Shown in pieces: positions 24,051-37,010 of a stretch of DNA of 64,000 bases. This DNA is from Mizuhopecten yessoensis (lineage: Eukaryota): contig NW_018407435.1 of assembly GCF_002113885.1 (NCBI RefSeq), forward strand, positions 2,147,402-2,211,401, written 5' to 3'. Under the pieces are notes generated by a model, which saw only the letters and a program-made list of their open reading frames with translations, did no database searches and was not told where the DNA came from. The position numbers and the translations under genes were made by a program. Position 1 is the first letter of the stretch. Each line of letters opens with the position of its first letter.

Positions 24051-27000
24051 TACCAAAGTCTTCGTAATATTAGCTCGCCAGTTAGAAAACTTTTAGACAT
24101 TCGGGTTAACACAGCCCTAAAAACAACAGAAATTACATCTATTGATGGACAAATATTAACAATAAACATATATACTTTACATAATTTTTTAATAAATGAT
24201 ATGACAAGCAGGAACAAAAATCAAAAGTGAAAATGTGAGTAAATAACCGCTCAAATTAAAGAGTTATCTGTAAGCCTTAGATAACAAATACAGCCACGAT
24301 GATTTATTTCAAAGAGGTTCATACTTAAAAAGTACTTGCAGAAGTATTTCAAATCATATTATGCATCTTCCAAATTTGTTTTGGCAGAGCTGTTATGTAA
24401 GAGCTGTTTTAAGATCCTTTCTGTATTCCTCTCTCTTCCTCGTCATTTGCATCATATCATGTAGACTGAAATCTAGTTTTGTTTTCGTTCCGTTGATAAA
24501 ACAGTTTACAGATAATAACAATTCATTCATATACTAGCATTCAACGTATCAACCATAAATAAATTATCATACCTGATTGGCTCTTCAGTTTTTGTATCTT
24601 TCTTGGATCAAATCAAAGTAAAACCTTTAAGTGATAAAGATAAGAAATAAATCTTACACTTTAAATTCCTCCAGTATATCTCGATATCATCAAGAACCTG
24701 AATAATTCAAATGTTGTGATTTCTTGGTTTTCTTGTACATTTCTTCAATATTAAGACTCAGATTATCAACATACAGGTCTATTTATCTAGTCAAGTAAAT
24801 CTACAAACTGAACTACGATGTCGCATCAAATATATTCTATGAACAATTCTCTAACTACATCTCTCGAAACAAAACAAAACAAACAAAAATCTACGAACAT
24901 TTTTGGTCTTATAGCTTGACAATAATATTCTACACAATATGAATGGGAATGCATAAAAAATCATTTTTAATCAAATATCAGTTGGTCACGACTACTACTT
25001 TTGGCGCAAAATTAGCTAAACGCATACCTCGACTGTCCCGAGCTCAGCTTTTATATATCTGTCCATCGGNCCCTTGCCCCCCTGCCCCTAACCCCCATTA
25101 CCACCACCACCCACCAAGGTCATGCTTTAAATTTAGTATGTACATCCCCTCATCATAATAAGGCAATGGAGCGACACTTGGAGAATGGAACTCTAAATAA
25201 CTGATAGCAAATCAGTATTAATTTTGAATGACAGCTTTTAATTATCAGGTTTTGCACAAGAAGATATTTCTGATTGATTCATGATCTTATGTAGAAGGGG
25301 AGAGTTTTGGGTACAATACAAAAAGATTAGACGTTAAAGGATGAGTGTCTATAAGGCCCTTTTTTGGGCTCCGGTATATTCGTATTTTTACCTCCTTATT
25401 TTGTTCAAAGAAACTAAGATAAAACTTCGACCGAAAGTGGGTTTCTGTGGGTACCAAAAGGGGTAGGGTAAATCATTCATATAGTTCGCTGTTTTCAAAA
25501 TGAGCTTAAATACCAAAATAATACCATTTCTGATTTTGAAAACATGTATAAAGTAGACAAGCATATATATGTAACAAAACGAAAAATGACAGAATTGTAT
25601 TCGTCACTTAAAGATTATTTATATAAAAAGAAGGATTAAGTCACGGGGGGATTTTTGGTCATTTTCAATTGAAAACTAATTTGTTTTCTCAATTATTTCC
25701 TTTCTAATTAATATTTTGACTTGAAATTTACAATTTCACTCATTTAGTCGACTTACATAAATTGCATATTGACAACATACTTTCCTTTTGTTTTATACTG
25801 AGTTATGGTGTCTGAACACATCTCAAACTACGTTATTTCAAATATCTTTCAATTTTAAGTGAATTAAAAGGTGCATGACACCCTTTATATGCTATAAGTA
25901 TAAGATGTTTATAGTAAATATTGTATATTATATGTATCATAAGATATTTGCTCAGCACTTGTGGCTTGAGCGACTCCCAGGTCCTGTGATGTTTTTTTAA
26001 TTAGCAAAGTTAACTTACATATAAAAAATGACATTTGTCACCATAATTACAGTAAAATTATTTGTTTAATATATGAAGTTTGATTTGCTGCTAATATTTA
26101 GTCTCCTTGCCTCAAGGAAAGTATCTGATTTAATCGTTAAAGTTAATCGATTTCATTGTTTTATCAAGTGTTCTGCTTATTTCCAATGTATATCCGCTGA
26201 TTGTACATAAAAGGCATTTGGGGATAAGCATTTGCTTGGCATAGATATTAATTATATGATAATATTTAGTTTGTAAAAGTTTCATATTTATCCCACAATG
26301 CCTTTTTACTTAAAAACACCTTTTCCTTTGATTTGGAGTACAAGGAATAAAGTGTATCTCCTTGCCTAACACCAAATATTTCCTGACAATACTAGTCTAT
26401 AGTCAAAAGTCAGATAGTTTATGCTTTGAAAACGCAAAGAGAGACTAAGTTGTTCCTTAAAGTTAATGCTTGCAATTAATAGTTAATTCTTTTGTTGATT
26501 TCATACGGTTTATTTGTTACATTCAATGCTAGCTGCTACCCATATTATTACTTTTCTTCTCTTTTGTTACATTATGTTATCCATGGCATCGGTGTATGCT
26601 GTAAAAAGAGATCACCCATCTGACCTTTGTAACAAGACGAGACTTGTTTGCCTCTTCTGTATTATGTTGCTTCTGCTTTTTGCTGAGACAGTAAGGCGTT
26701 TGTATATTTAGACCAACGTTTTCTAACATATCAGTAAAGTCACAAAAACCACGGTCAACAATCAATATAGCTTTGCCATGGAAATCGAAGAGTTAAGGAT
26801 TGAACACGCAACAAGTCACAATGAGTGTAATTTACTTCAGTGGAAACGGTAACTTCGAGCTGGGATGTACATGACTCATAAAAGGGTTTTCTACATACAT
26901 TGAACAAAAGGTTAATAGTTTTTATTTAGCTCATAGGACAATTTTTTCTTTCAGATAGGTCAAAAGTTGTTCATCATATATTTTTGGAATGTTGGCAATG

Positions 27001-27309
27001 TGCCTCGTTTTACAACATACACTGATCATGATGGCATGCTTAATGTAATGTAACAAAAAGGGAAGAAAAATAATTAAGACATAATATGAGTGGCAGCTAG
27101 CATTGAATGTAACAAATATGCCGTATGAAATCAACAAAAGGATTAACTGTTAATTGCAAGCATTAACTTTAAGGAACAACTTAGTCTCTCTTTGCGTTTC
27201 CAAAGCTTAAACCATCTGACTTTTGGTCAGTGTAGCATGTCAAACGCCCCTCTTACTACTATAATACTCTTCTGAGCCTGTTTAATCCACATACATTCAT
27301 ATAGACTAG

Positions 27310-27938
27310 TGTAAAAGGAACGGGTTTCCACTTTAAAACCAACACCCAGGTTCGGTGATCTTGGGTCCATTGGGGTCTTATAAATTGATGAACATGAAGT
27401 ATGGCAAATGAACATAGACTCAAGGATATAAACTTCAATACCTTTTATTAAACACAACAAGTGTAAAGAAATATCAGTACAATACACGATAACATATCTC
27501 ACACCCTTACTCACACTATACAACACCGTTCATTTATACAAGCGGCTACAAGGCCTACTCCTATCAGCATAGACGACGGACTCTACGTTGGAATTCTATA
27601 TAGACATGTGTACAGACTACTTTCTAATTCTAACACTAAACATTATTGCTGTCCCTACATTATTACCTAACGAGTCCTAGAGAGAAGAAGCGAAAGAGTG
27701 AGTCAGGCAGTCTTACGAGGACTTTACTTCTGACTGACGAGCTATAGAAAACCACCGCTTTATATAGACAGACACACGGCACTTTGCACGTGCAATAGTC
27801 GCGCAAAAGCTACTCGGAACACTTCCGGTTACGTAACTAGGTTCCGAATGTGAAAATAACAAGATGGACGACGAAACGTGGTGAACTGTCAATCGTAAAT
27901 ATCGAATGTTAAGTATCCGAATTATCTCCACTTTTACA
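27310..27938 (-). mobile_element. 629-bp solo LTR
   Basis: tgtaaaag...cttttaca termini; flanks ctag/cgag duplicate the single ctag of the intact left arm; minus-strand TATATAAA (~27760) lies upstream of AATAAA (~27445). Confidence 0.8.
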
Positions 27939-28877
27939 CGAGTATTGTCAGGAAAATATTTCGTGTTAGGCAAGGAGATGCACTTTGGTCCTTGTACTCC
28001 AAATCAAAGGAAAAGGTGTTTTTAAGTAAAAAGGCATTGTGGGATAAGCATGAAACTTTCACAAACTAAATATCATCATATAACTAATATATATGCCAAG
28101 TTACATGCTTATCCCCAAATGCCTTTTATGTACAATCAGCGGATACACATTGGAAATAGGCAGAACATTTGATAAAACAATGAAATCGGTTAACTTTAAC
28201 GATTAAAGCAGATACTTTCCTTGAGGCAAGGAGACTAAAAATTACCAGCAAATCAAACTTCATATATTAAATCAATCATTTTACAGAAGTTGTGGTGGCA
28301 AATGCCATTTTTGATTCGTAAGTTAACATTGATAAGTAAAAAAACAAATCAGGACCTGGAACTCACTCCAGCCACAGGTGTTGAGCAAATAATATATGAT
28401 ATATATAATATACAATACTAACAATTGATATCTTATACTGAGAGTGTGTCCTGCACCTTTTAATTCACTCAATATTGAGATATATTTGAAATAGCAAAGT
28501 TTGATGTGTCCAGAAGCCATAACTCAGTATGAAACAGAAGGAATGTATGTAGTCAATATACAATTTATTTAAGTCTTTTTAAATGAGTAAAGTTATATAT
28601 TTCAAGTCAAAATATTAATTAGAAAAGAAATTATTGAGAAATCAAAACACTTTTCATTTGTAAATTACCTAAAACAACCCCCTGTCTTAATCGTTCGTTT
28701 TATATAAACAATCTTTAAGTGACGATTACATTTCTGTCATTTTTCATTTTGTTACATATGCTTGTCTAATTTATACATGTTTTCAAAAACAGAAATGGTA
28801 TTATTTTGGTTTTTAAGCTCATTTTGAAAACAGCAAACTATATTTATGATTTACCCTACCCCTTTTAGTACCCCCAG

Positions 28878-29068
28878 TGTAATGATCAGTAGAAGTCATC
28901 AATGCAAAGATCTTGGTTTTTTATTCAGGAGCACTGGAGCGTACAACATGATGGTACAAGATGGCAGCGAGCTCTCTCTCAACATGTGCTTTTTATACTA
29001 ATATTAGAACCAATAAGGTTACGTAATAATGTCGGACCAAATATCCGGAATTCACATATATCATTACA
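28878..29068 (-). repeat. 3' LTR of the Gypsy element
   Basis: Direct repeat of 33336-33526, with the polypurine tract adjacent at 29069-29078. Confidence 0.97.
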
Positions 29069-29336
29069 TCCCTTCACCAAGAATAAATGCACAATTTTTC
29101 TGATTTAACTTATAGCACTGAATATTGATTATCTTTATATGGAATTCACTGAAATCACTGTATCAATAAAGAGAATTAAAATATATAATGATGTTATTCA
29201 GTCTTTTTGATTTCTTCACTTTCACGTTTGAAGATAAAATGAACCTTTAATTAAAGTCCATACACTAAATCATATGAAATATATTGAACACAAATTTAAA
29301 CTTTCAGTTAAACAGTTCAACAGAAATTAAAACTTT

Positions 29337-32300
29337 TTAACACTGTTCAATGAGTCTTTGTGGCCTATTGATAGTTCTTCCTGATTTGGTTCTACCAGGC
29401 TGTATAACTGGTGCCGGTTTGACTTCATCTTCATGATCAGAAACATGGGTCTGATCTGGTTCACATCTTTCACTTTCCTGTACTTTGATTACATCATCAT
29501 CAGTTTTAACATCTGGTATCAACTTGAGATGTTTACGATTTCTACGAATCAAGTATGATCTTGGACCAACTTCGCTGACAACTGAAGCGCGATCTGACCA
29601 AGACTGTGGCTCTTGGATTCGAACCTGGTCCCCCGGTGTAAGTTTATCTTGAGACTTAACATGATTTCTACGATCATAGTAGTATTTCTGACGATTATTT
29701 TGTCCTTCACGCCACTTAATGACATCTGACATCCTGTCGACTCTCTTGACATCAACTCTAGCTTCTGGTAAGTTTGACTTGAGACGTCTACCCATCAACA
29801 GTTCAGCTGGTGATAAGCCATTGTCAAGGGGTGTGGTCCTATACACGAGTAATGCCATATGAATGTCTTGTTGACTTTCTTTACATTTTCTCATAATGTT
29901 CTTTACGGTCTGTACAGTTTTTTCTGCTAGTCCATTTGACTGTGGGTATCTGGGGCTACTGGTAACATGCTTGATATCCCATTCCTTCACAAAATCTTTA
30001 AATTCTTTACAGCTGTAACATGGACCGTTGTCACTGGTGAGTACTTGTGGTACACCATGGCGCGAGAATATGCTTTTTAAAGCATTGATTACAGATGTTG
30101 CAGTCTGATTAGGTAGCAACAGAACCTCCGGGTAGTTTGAGAAACTGTCACATGTCACAATGTAGTCTTTGCCTTCTAATGAGAACAAATCTGTTGACAC
30201 ATGTTCCCATGCTGATTTGGATACTGGTGTAGGGTTCAGTGGTTCTGCTTGCTGTTTCATCGCAAATTTCTGACACACATCACAGTTCTCAACCATGCTG
30301 TTTATCTCAAAGTTCATGTTGGGCCAGAACAGCAGTTCACTTGCACGTTTCTTGCACTTTTCTCTTCCAAGATGTCCATGATGTATTTTCTTCAGCATCT
30401 CACTTCGAAGTTTCAGCGGAATAACTATACGAGTTCCTTTGAATACAAGTCCATTAATCACTGTGAGTTCCTCACGGAAGTTCCAATAGGGAAACATATC
30501 AGACGTACAGTCATGTCTCTCATCAGGCCAATCATCAACTATCACTCTAGCCAATCTGTTCATAGTTCCATCTTGTTGTGTGGCTCTGCGTATTTCATCC
30601 AGTTTCGCATCCGTTACTGGTAATGATTTGTAGATGCAATCAACATACATTTCTACGTCATGGTTCATAGCTTTTGTTGAATCATCATGATCATCATTGA
30701 CTGAAGCTCTGGAGAGAGTGTCTGCAGTATACATATATCTGCCAGGAGTATGTGATAATCGAAAGTCATACTTCTGAAGCCTTAATCTCATCCTCTGTAT
30801 CCTTGGCGGACATCCATTAAACGCCTTTGCAAATATAGCGACTAGTGGCTTGTGGTCTGTTTCAACCTCAAATGTAGTACCGTAAACGTACTGATGAAAG
30901 CGCTCGCACGCAAAAGTTAAGGCTAATGCTTCGCGTTCTATTGTAGCGTATCTGCTTTCACACTCGGTGACTGTCCTTGAAGCATAAGCAACAGGTAACC
31001 ATTCACTGTCATGTTTTTGAAGTAAGACTGCCCCTAGACCTGTCTGGCTTGCATCAGCTGATACTCGGATTTCTTTTGTAGGATCATAGAATTTCAGCAC
31101 AGGCTCATTAGAGACTAAAGTTTTCAGCTCCTCAAAGGCTCTCTCCTGGGGTTGTTCCCATATCCATGCATTGTCTTTAACCAGTAATTTTCTGAGTGGT
31201 ACAGCTCTGCTGGATAGGTCTGGTACAAATCTTGCTAGATAATTAATCATACCAAGAAATCTCTGTAGTGATTTTTTGTCATCAGGCCTCTATATCTCGA
31301 CAATCGCAGTAACTTTCTTGTTGTCGGGCTTGATTCCTTCTGATGTTATAGTGTCACCCAGGAATGTTAGTTCTTGTACTCCAATCACACTCTTGTCAGG
31401 GTTGAGTTTGAGGTTCGATTCCCTCGCTACTTCAAGCACTTGTCTGACACGTGCAGCATGCTCCTCTACAGATGTTCCCCATATAATGATGTCATCCATG
31501 GAGGTGTCTACTCCTGAGAGATTTTCAAATAGTGTGTGTATATTTCTGTGATACATCTCTGGTGCGCATGAAATTCCAAAGGGTAACCTCTTGAACTGAT
31601 ATCTTCCAAAAGGCGTTATAAAGGTGCACAAATCTGAGCTGTCCTCATCTAGTTGTAATTGCCAAAAACCACTTGAGGCATCTAATTTTGAGAATACCTT
31701 GGCTCCAGCAAACTTAGACATAATTTCCTCCCTTGTGGGAAGTTTGAAATGTTCTCTCCTGATGTATTTGTTCAGGTTCCTTGGATCCAAGCAGAGTCTG
31801 AGTTTTCCATTGGGTTTGGGTACAATAACCAAAGCGCTGACCCATTCCGTAGGTTTTTCTACCTTTTCTATAACTTTCATCTCTACCATTTGATCCAGTT
31901 CCTTTTTTACTTGATCATGCTGCGCGAAAGGTAGTTTTCTACATGAATCAATTGTTGGCTCTGAATTAGGTTGAAGTTTAATCGAAACCTTTCCAGGTAG
32001 ACAACCTAATCCTTGAAATACATCTGAGTAGTCTTCTTCAATGCTCTCCTTACTGAGTTGCTCTACTTTCACTTTCGGTTTCTGTATGTGATCAGTATTC
32101 ACAATACTTTGTTTCCTTTCTACCGAGAGTACTAATTTAACCAGTCCCATAGCCTCACTGCTCTTTCTTCCAATGATGGGCTTGACATTTCCTGGACACA
32201 CAATGAATAGGACTTTATATTTCTTGTTTTTATGCTTCACTTCGCACACACATTGTCCTACAGCCTCTATCTGTCCTGCGTTGTATGCCGTTAGTTTCAC

Positions 32301-33323
32301 TTTCGTTTTGTGGATCCTTGGCTTATTTCGAAGTTTATCAAATTCTTCTTTTGGAATAATGTTGACATCGGATCCAGTGTCAATCTTCAGAGGTATCAAG
32401 TTTCCATGAACTTCTAGTGGTGCTAGCCACACATTTGATGTGACATATTCAACAGAGTCTATAAATAGCTCATGCTCATAATTCTCCACTGCATGTACTT
32501 GCTGAGTTGTCTTGTCTGTAGCTTTTTTCTGTTTAGACTTACAGGCTTTCGCAAAATGGTTTCTTTTCCCACATAATCGACACGTTTGACCTCTCGCTGG
32601 ACATAAGTTTCCTCTATGTACCATCGCACAGTAAGAACACGTGGTTGATCTTGACTTCTGTCCATCTGTATGCTCGGTATTTACCTTTCGAGACGACCCC
32701 CGACCAGAATTTCTACCGGTTCCTCTAGATCTCGATTTACCTCTCGATCTGATGTAGTCAACGTCCTGTTCTTTATTTTCAGTTAGGGCTAATGTTTTCA
32801 TGTGTTTCTCTGTCATGGATGCTGCTTTACACAAATCAATGCATTTTTGAAGACTCAGGTCACCTTCACGTAATAACCTCGCTCGAAGTCCATCATTCCG
32901 GATTCCTTCAACAATTTTGTCTCTTAAAATGCCATCTTTCAATTCACCAAATTCACAGTTCTTTTGCAAAATTCTCAAATCTGTTAGAAACTCGTCGAAT
33001 GTTTCATCACTCTTCTGCGCTCTCGAGTTAAACACGTGGCGCTCGTAAGTTACGTTTTTCTTCGGTGAACAATAATTCGTAAATTTTTCTATGAGAGACG
33101 CTATTTTGTCCTGTTCATTTGCTTCAAATGTCATCGTATTAAAAATTTCAACAGCTGTCTCACCTGCCAGGGTTAGAAACATTGCACACTGTTTCTTTTC
33201 CGTCAGCTCATCTCCCGCAGTAGCGGTCATGTACAGTCTGTACTGTTGTAGCCATCTTCTCCAGTTCTCCGATACGTTGCCATCAAATGACAGACTCTTC
33301 GGCGTTGGTAGTTTGTTGTCCAT
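29337..33323 (-). pseudogene. Single gag-pol ORF (Gag, two CCHC-type knuckles, protease, RT, RNase H, integrase) interrupted by one in-frame TAG at 31290-31292
   Basis: CRLCGKRNHFAKAC, LKIDTGS, KLDASSGFWQ, LPFG, SMDD, ADAS..GLGAVL, TDHKPL, HHCC and DDE integrase motifs; AIVEI*RPDDKKSLQRFLGMINY reads in one frame (13 codons between the stop and the ATG at 31250). Confidence 0.95.
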
Positions 33324-33335
33324 GTTCTGACACCA
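33324..33335 (-). promoter_or_regulatory. Primer binding site, probably tRNA-Leu
   Basis: TGGTGTCAGAAC directly after the 5' LTR and directly before the gag ATG. Confidence 0.75.
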
Positions 33336-33526
33336 TGTAATGATCAGTAGAAGTCAGCAATGCAAAGATCTTGGTTTTTTATTCAGGAGCACTGGAGCGT
33401 ACAACATGATGATACAAGATGGCAGCGAGCTCTCTCTCAACATGTGCTTTTTATACTAATATTAGAACCAATAAGGTTACGTAATAATGTCGGACCAAAT
33501 ATCCGGAATTCACATATATCATTACA
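33336..33526 (-). repeat. 5' LTR of the Gypsy element
   Basis: Direct repeat of 28878-29068; minus-strand TATAAAA and AATAAA present. Confidence 0.97.
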
Positions 33527-33789
33527 CCCAGAAACCCACTTTCGGTCGACGTTTTACCTTAGTTTTTCCGCATGTTATGCAATAGGACATCTTTGAAATA
33601 AATAGGGAGATGAAAATCCGAATATACCGGGGCCCAAAACGGGCCTTATAGACACTCACCCTTTATCCCGTGGCAATACACTGCCGGCCAGCTAAGTGAC
33701 GTGTATTAGACTGGGATATTCGTGTCCAGGATCTAATGCACTCACTAATTTACATACCTGAAGTTACTCTTTAGAATGTTTAGTTGAAC

Positions 33790-34098
33790 TGTGACGTTGT
33801 CATGTCATTTCTGGGTGACTGGGGTTGACCCTGTTGTGCGGTGTAGCGACTAGGTGTGCAGGCTAGGGTATAACTAATGGCTAGGGGGTTTGTAAGCTTA
33901 TTTAGGACCCAGACCCAGGTGCGGGATCGTGTGTTAATTTAGTATATAAGTCATAAGTGTGAGTCAAAGTGCTTCTCATCTGTAAATATTCCATCCTCAC
34001 GTTAATAAATATTGTTTACAGTTTATTTGGATCCTATTATCTCTTCTTTAGCCGACAGATTTCGTACGTTGTGACCTACCAAACCACGGTTGACAACA
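33790..34098 (+). mobile_element. Possible solo-LTR remnant
   Basis: tgt...aca ends, with tatataa (~33943) followed by aataaa (~34004); no TSD found. Confidence 0.35.
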
Positions 34099-34199
34099 AA
34101 GGGCGATGCGGGACTCAGGGACACACTAAATACAGATTACGTGCGTGATTTGCCCGGAGCCCCGACTCGTCCTATTACAATTATTTTCTCAAAACGTCA

Positions 34200-35430
34200 T
34201 TAACAACAATGACGGGGGCAGGCTAGCTTACTAGTCAATCACTAAGTTATCTTCAAACAAAAAGGATCAATAGAAGAATGCAAGACAGATGTTCAGAGTA
34301 ATGGTGTTGTACAGATTGTGTTTACTGCCATTATATCGTAGAACATAGCGTAAATTAGGCGGGTCAACTTAACAAATAATCGTGTTATCTGATCGATATA
34401 CTGAAAAAAGGGTATAATCAAAAGGCTACTGGTTCATGTATATGTGCTTGTAAATAAACATAAAAACGGGTTTCAATGAAGGATCTGTACATATCAAATG
34501 TTCCAATAACATAAACCTGTTCGATATGAACAGGGTGCCACAGCTGTTTCGCCGTTGGTGTAAACATACAGCACTGATTATGTAATGTGTATGAACTGGA
34601 CCGGTTTACCTACCCCGTCTTAATCCGCTCTTTTTCTGTGAAGCATACATATGTTCCTTTCAGCATCTCGACGTTCAAAGGACACAGAAAACGACCATTG
34701 AAATCAGATGAACGGGTGTATTGCTGATCGCTGCAACACAGACTGCACTTGTAATGAATATCGACCGAAGCGAATGTAATAACCTTGGCCGGTACGAATT
34801 CATGATCATTCATGTGTTTGAAGGTCTTTTAACGGTATTGTACTAGTCATTATAAATACACATGACAAAGTTGATATAGCGATACATACCAAATCACAAG
34901 TACGATATCTGACTTACCACACGGTTTAATTCACAATGGCGAAAGTACAGTAGCGCTGTAAATAGACATGCGGTCAGTTTTTAACGTGAAAATCAAACCG
35001 GGGTTTGGTGGGTGGGTGGGTGGGTGGGGGTAGTGTAATCTTCGATATTCCAGGGATTACGTTCTATTACGCCCCTTGGCACCCCTGGAATATGTCATAT
35101 CACGCGGCTAGCTATTTGTTAGGTTTCAGGTAAAATAAACTGTCTAATCGTAAGGCTGAAACCATTATGTTGATTCAGGATTCTTTGATGTAAATCAAAA
35201 AAACACACCAGGCTTGCTGTATCATCCACAAGCTGGCGCACGCCGAGTCTTCGATTTTTGCCATGACATAATATAGGTGTGCAGAGAGCGTAAGTGATGG
35301 TAAGCATTGGAGTATTTAGGATTGGGAGTTGAGAAAATCTGACTCTCTCTTTTACATTTAAAATGAACCCTGTAAGAGGTTACTTTTGCACGTGGAGACT
35401 GTCGAAAATACACTTTCAACCAAAACTGGA
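34200..35430. repeat. Second copy of the 22770-24050 block, including MITE copy 3 (~35038-35320)
   Basis: Collinear direct similarity; atcttcgatattccagggattacg TIR at 35038. Confidence 0.85.
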
Positions 35431-35849
35431 AAAAATCTTTTTTCCATTTGGTGCGTAAATCTCAAAATGGCGACGGCCTCACGGTGTGTATGTTTACACA
35501 TCACATTTTACGTTGGGAACGAGGTGGACGTCGCACTGATGCTGTTCGGAACAGTCTCAGTGTTGGGTATATCAACTATTTGTTTCCCCCTCTACGGACA
35601 CTGTTACGAGGGACAGGTCCTGTATGCTGTATTTTTGGGTTTATACAGTGGGAGTTGCTTCCCGTTGTTGAATGGACTGAGTTTACGACTGGTTGGGCTG
35701 CGACATCTGGCTACGGCGGTGAGCATCGAGATGTTTTCCGTTGGTCTAGGGATATATAGTTACGGTTAGCCATACATATCTCATTCCATATACACTGTAG
35801 TTCATTTATATATTTTGTTAAAAGTACTACAAAAGTCAAGAAGAAATAT

Positions 35850-36100
35850 AAGCAGTTTCTGGTTGGCAATATAATCCTGCAGACTGTAGGGCATACACAT
35901 GAGAACAAATAGTGACCCTGTTCTAGCCGATATTTTTGGATTTTTTTTAATAAGAAGCTGAATTTATTGATGAGCTTGTCAGCATTGGTAACACAACCCT
36001 ACCCAATCCTTCAATTTCACATACAGATATATTGACGATTTGCTGTCTTTGAGTTACAAGATATGTATCGACCACATCGATCGTATATATCCTCCAGAGG
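35850..36100 (+). mobile_element. Penelope-like element RT fossil in intron 3 of B (paralogous copy ~53480-53665 in C)
   Basis: GIHMRTNSDPVLADIF (compare GIPMGTNCAPLLADLF), EAEFI, SFNFTYRYIDDLLSL, DRIYPPE, with frameshifts. Confidence 0.75.
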
Positions 36101-36453
36101 GTATTCCCTATTCATACTAATTTAAGACGTCACGTCAACAATACATTTACCCCCGAAACCACAACAATACCGATAGAGAAGGAGAAAAAAATCAAATCTT
36201 CGGGGAAGCCTCCTGTTTTGCAACTTAATAATCTTTCCCCTCGGGAGGAAAATCCCTATCGCATCCTCAAGTAGAGGTAAGATACACGAGTATTAAAAAT
36301 GTGTAAGAGCTTTAAGAAAAAAAATGAAAATACCTGTTCTACCTACCAGAGAACTTACATTAGTTACGAGGTTAGAGGGTCTCCCCAGGCCATTTAGCTG
36401 ATACGGAGCCGTATCAGCTTCAGGTAGAAATCCTCCCTACCGTATCACCTTAA

Positions 36454-37010
36454 GGTCATTGGAGTGTATTGATAAACGGAAATAGAAAGTACATCCCTAT
36501 TTGAAAATCCGATGAAGGGAGTCAGTATCACAATTTCCGGTTATTATAAAGTTTAATATTAAACTGATGAATATTATATGTTTATTATTGACAGAACAGT
36601 GTGTTCTCTAAATATTAAAGTATTTCAAAGCAAATTCATTCAGGTGTTTTTTATCAATGAGTCACATGTGTCCATTTTTCTGTACTTAAGGAAACCGGCT
36701 ACCTATTTCACTACTGTGAAGTTTTTCAAGACAGATAACTCTTACATGCAATTACTATGTGTATATGGTTTTATTAAAAAATGTCAATTTTTAATCGTTT
36801 ATAGATAATTTATTTTACACAATTTCAGCATTTATTAAATTGATATTAATACTAATATATGACAACCTATATTTTTATTGACATTTAAAATCCTTAAAAT
36901 TCTGACAACCTATATTTTTTTTGTGGCAGAAAATTTTCTTTACTTCAAAGCAATATAACTACAAAATTTGAAGAAATTCTACTGAGAAAAGGTGACACAA
37001 TCCTATTACC
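36454..37010. mobile_element. Non-autonomous TTAA-specific DNA element (Kolobok-like) nested within a larger B-specific insertion (~36376-37925)
   Basis: ttaa|ggtcattggagtgt ... acaatcctattacc|ttaa; imperfect 14-bp TIR. Confidence 0.7.

Larger units (their letters stand above)
28878..33526 (-). mobile_element. Full-length Ty3/Gypsy LTR retrotransposon, Mag-like
   Basis: 191-bp LTRs 28878-29068 and 33336-33526 (tgtaatgat...atcattaca, 2 mismatches seen); 5-bp TSD cccag at 28873-28877 and 33527-33531; PBS TGGTGTCAGAA; PPT ggtgaaggga. Confidence 0.98.
25338..33662. mobile_element. Non-autonomous foldback DNA element (Kolobok-like termini) with ~1.25-kb inverted arms and a ~460-bp spacer; the right arm is interrupted by nested insertions
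   Basis: ttaa|aggatgagtgtctataaggccc ... gggccttatagacactcaccct|ttat; left arm 25338-~26580 is the reverse complement of 27040-27226 + 27300-27309 + 27939-28877 + 33527-33662. Confidence 0.85.

Noticed and set aside
25070-25070. Single N base, and the long G run at ~44855-44876
   Set aside because: Likely assembly or sequencing features; they warn that some single-base lesions in this window may be errors
28902-29108. Duplicated small ORF MQRSWFFIQEHW (also 33360-33596)
   Set aside because: Antisense reading of the two LTRs
31250-31292. Programmed gag-pol frameshift between the two long Gypsy ORFs
   Set aside because: Both ORFs are in the same frame and the break lies after the RT core, so it is a nonsense codon
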